The notes beneath the pieces are model-generated. The model did no database searches, was not told where the DNA came from, and saw only the letters and a program-made list of their open reading frames with translations. The translations under genes and the position numbers were made by a program. This document shows positions 62,106 through 64,000 of a stretch of DNA of 64,000 nucleotides, in pieces. This DNA is from an uncultured delta proteobacterium (GTDB taxonomy: Bacteria; Desulfobacterota; Binatia; UBA9968), in NCBI GenBank assembly GCA_963755715.1, contig CAVWLW010000043.1:64001-128000 (forward strand), read 5' to 3'. Numbering within the stretch: the first letter of the stretch is position 1; each line of letters starts with the position of its first letter.

Positions 62106-62498
62106 ATGCTAAAGACTCACGGTGTGCTGCACTTCAGTTTGCCGGTGACGGATCTGGATCGGAGCCGAAAATTTTACGAAGGGCTACTCGGCATGAAAGT
62201 CGTCGAACAGTCGGCGCGCATGGTCTTTTTACAGACCGGTGATGATTACCTCATTTTAGCAAAGGGGAGCGAGTCGCTAAAATACGACTCGCCGCAAAGT
62301 ACGCCGGTGCATCATGCGTTCAAGGTAAAACCAGAGGATTTCGAGCCGTCGATCGATGAGCTACGCAAGAACGGCGTCGAAGTTTTTAATATCGAAGATC
62401 GTAATCAGGGCGTTTTCTGGGGACCGCAGGCGTACTTTCTCGATCCGGATGGAAACAAGCTAGAAATTTATGCGGGACCTGGGGCGAAGAAGAATTAA
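62106..62498 (+). CDS. VOC/glyoxalase family protein
   Basis: HFSLPVTDLDRSRKFY, HHAF, YFLDPDGNKLEI. Confidence 0.9.
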   Translation: MLKTHGVLHFSLPVTDLDRSRKFYEGLLGMKVVEQSARMVFLQTGDDYLILAKGSESLKYDSPQSTPVHHAFKVKPEDFEPSIDELRKNGVEVFNIEDRNQGVFWGPQAYFLDPDGNKLEIYAGPGAKKN

Positions 62499-62532
62499 AA
62501 AAAAATTGTGTGTGTCCTGACGCGTTGGTGGA

Positions 62533-62631
62533 GAAAGATTTCTCCCTTGGGTCGAAATGACATTTTGCGCTCGGTTCAGTGACATTCAGCAAGTGTCATC
62601 ATGTTGGGGGCGGTTTCCCGCCGCCCCCACA
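62533..62631. repeat. REP half-element plus GTGG-type hairpin
   Basis: AGATTTCTCCCTTGGGTCGAAATGACA; TGTTGGGGGCGG-TTTCCCG-CCGCCCCCACA. Confidence 0.55.
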
Positions 62632-62663
62632 TCGTTCCGTTTGTAAATTTTTCTTATTTGCTT

Positions 62664-63479
62664 TTACTTTGTCGCGCGGGTGGCGCTCCACTTAGCACCG
62701 CCGGCCGTGCCTTCGATTGAATTGCCGTTGACTTGCCCCGTGTATTGCGTGCCGCCGGCATTAAAACTGATCTCAGAACCGTGCAGCTTGCCGGTGATTG
62801 GCGTAGCTGCGTTGCCATTCTTGAGCGTGCCGCTGATCGTCTGAAAAGTTTGTTTGAGTGCCAGCTCGCCGTTCGCGAGCTTCCACGTGCCTTCTACTTT
62901 CGCCGGGACGATCCATAAATGCGCCGTGCACCAGTTCGTACAGCCTTCAACCGTGGCGGTTTCGTCGTCTTTCCAGTCGTCCATATCGAAGGTGTTCGAG
63001 ACGATACGCGTACCGGGCTTTAGATTCAAAATCTTCGGGCGCAGTTTTACGTTGATGCTCGGCAGGAGAAACATCGTAATCACTTGCGCCTGCGAGAAGT
63101 CGCTTTCGAACAGATCCGCTTTCCGAAAGCTAGCCTTATCGCTCACGCCTTCTTTGGCGGCGTTGCGCTTCGATAGCTCTACCATCTCCGGATTATATTC
63201 GATGCCGAGGGCTTTCGAGCCCCGCTTGGCCGCGGTAATGACCGTGCGGCCATCGCCTGAGCCGAGATCGATCAGATAATCTTGCGGCGTGAGCTTGGCC
63301 ATATCGAGCATCTTGTCCACCAACGCTTGCGGCGTCGGCACCCACACAACGTCTTTACCGGCCTGGCCAACCTCGGGCTGGTATTCCTTGGCGGGTTGCG
63401 CCTGCGCTACACCGCCGGCCAGTGCTGCGCACAACGCAAGTGAGAAAAAAAGCTTAGGCGTAACAAGTGATCGATTCAT
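62664..63479 (-). CDS. Class I SAM-dependent methyltransferase with N-terminal signal peptide
   Basis: DVVWVPTP, DLGSGDGR, GIEY, LKPGTRIVSNTF; hydrophobic N-terminus ending AQA. Confidence 0.85.
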   Translation of the reverse strand: MNRSLVTPKLFFSLALCAALAGGVAQAQPAKEYQPEVGQAGKDVVWVPTPQALVDKMLDMAKLTPQDYLIDLGSGDGRTVITAAKRGSKALGIEYNPEMVELSKRNAAKEGVSDKASFRKADLFESDFSQAQVITMFLLPSINVKLRPKILNLKPGTRIVSNTFDMDDWKDDETATVEGCTNWCTAHLWIVPAKVEGTWKLANGELALKQTFQTISGTLKNGNAATPITGKLHGSEISFNAGGTQYTGQVNGNSIEGTAGGAKWSATRATK

Positions 63480-63632
63480 AAAACTTCTCCTCCAAATCTA
63501 GTGTGATGGCTATTGTTATAGCAAGCCCGCGAGGCGGACGGGAGGGGGTTCAGGTAAAAAATCCGCTAATGTGAGAAACGAAACCCGAGCGTCGAGCTCG
63601 GGCCCAGTTTTTTTGCGTGATTGTCTTTCGAT

Positions 63633-64000
63633 TTATTGTGCAGCGCGTGTCGCGCTCCATTTGTTTCCGCCGACCGTGCCTTCCATCGCGTTGCCATTGA
63701 CTCGGCCAGTGTACGACGCATTGCCGGCGCTAAAGGAAATCTGATCGCCGTTGAGCTTGCCATTGACGGGTGTCGTGGCGTTGGCGGACTTGAGCGTGCC
63801 GGTAATCATCTGAAAGCTCTGCTTGATCGTTAGCTCGCCCTGCGGCAGTTTCCACGTTCCTTCGGTCTTGGCCGGCACGATCCACAAATGGGCGGTGCAC
63901 CAGGAGTTGCACCCGGGCAAATTGGCGGTCTCGTCCGGTTTCCACTCGCCCATATCGAAAGTGTTCGAGACGATGCGCGTACCGGGTTTGAGTTCGAGGA
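63633..64000 (-). CDS. Tandem paralogous methyltransferase (3' part; runs off the window)
   Basis: LKPGTRIVSNTFDMGEW...CTAHLWIVPAK is nearly identical to 62664..63479. Confidence 0.85.
   Translation of the reverse strand, partial: LELKPGTRIVSNTFDMGEWKPDETANLPGCNSWCTAHLWIVPAKTEGTWKLPQGELTIKQSFQMITGTLKSANATTPVNGKLNGDQISFSAGNASYTGRVNGNAMEGTVGGNKWSATRAAQ

Noticed and set aside
1-64000. CRISPR array, tRNA or rRNA
   Set aside because: No regularly spaced direct repeats, cloverleafs or rRNA signatures were recognised by eye; the repeats are REP-type or short tandem tracts.

Overview
A GC-rich bacterial chromosomal window. The many expanded solute-binding-protein families, Bug/TTT transporters and dCache-GAF kinase suggest a soil Binatota-like ('Deltaproteobacteria') genome; this is inference only. 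Many otherwise intact genes carry 1-nt indels, most likely long-read consensus errors. Layout: (1) 1-1.2 kb, an integron gene cassette with an attC and an upstream attI-like site, but no integrase; (2) 1.3-11 kb, a minus-strand catabolic/transport block (M24-fold hydrolase, SsuABC-like ABC, TctCAB, MetE-II-like enzyme, SBP); (3) 11.2-23.2 kb, an unusual cluster of a heme-oxygenase-like diiron enzyme, three paralogous alpha/beta-hydrolase-fold proteins that all have Ala instead of the nucleophile Ser, a non-canonical ThDP E1 alpha/beta pair without E2/E3, and several SBPs plus an ABC transporter. This is the best candidate for an undescribed pathway; (4) 23.3-29.9 kb, an accessory region of small ORFs and gene remnants; (5) 30-54 kb, hydratase, MBL, tesA-ybbA-ybbP-like genes, M1 aminopeptidase, two TetR-controlled efflux operons (RND and YbhGFSR-like plus OMF) and an amidohydrolase; (6) 54-64 kb, an orphan histidine kinase, an IS200/IS605 remnant next to a truncated flavin monooxygenase, a sulfotransferase plus P-loop kinase pair, a VOC protein and tandem methyltransferases. 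REP-like palindromes and short degenerate 7-9-mer repeats occur in many intergenic spaces. No rRNA, tRNA or CRISPR array was recognised.
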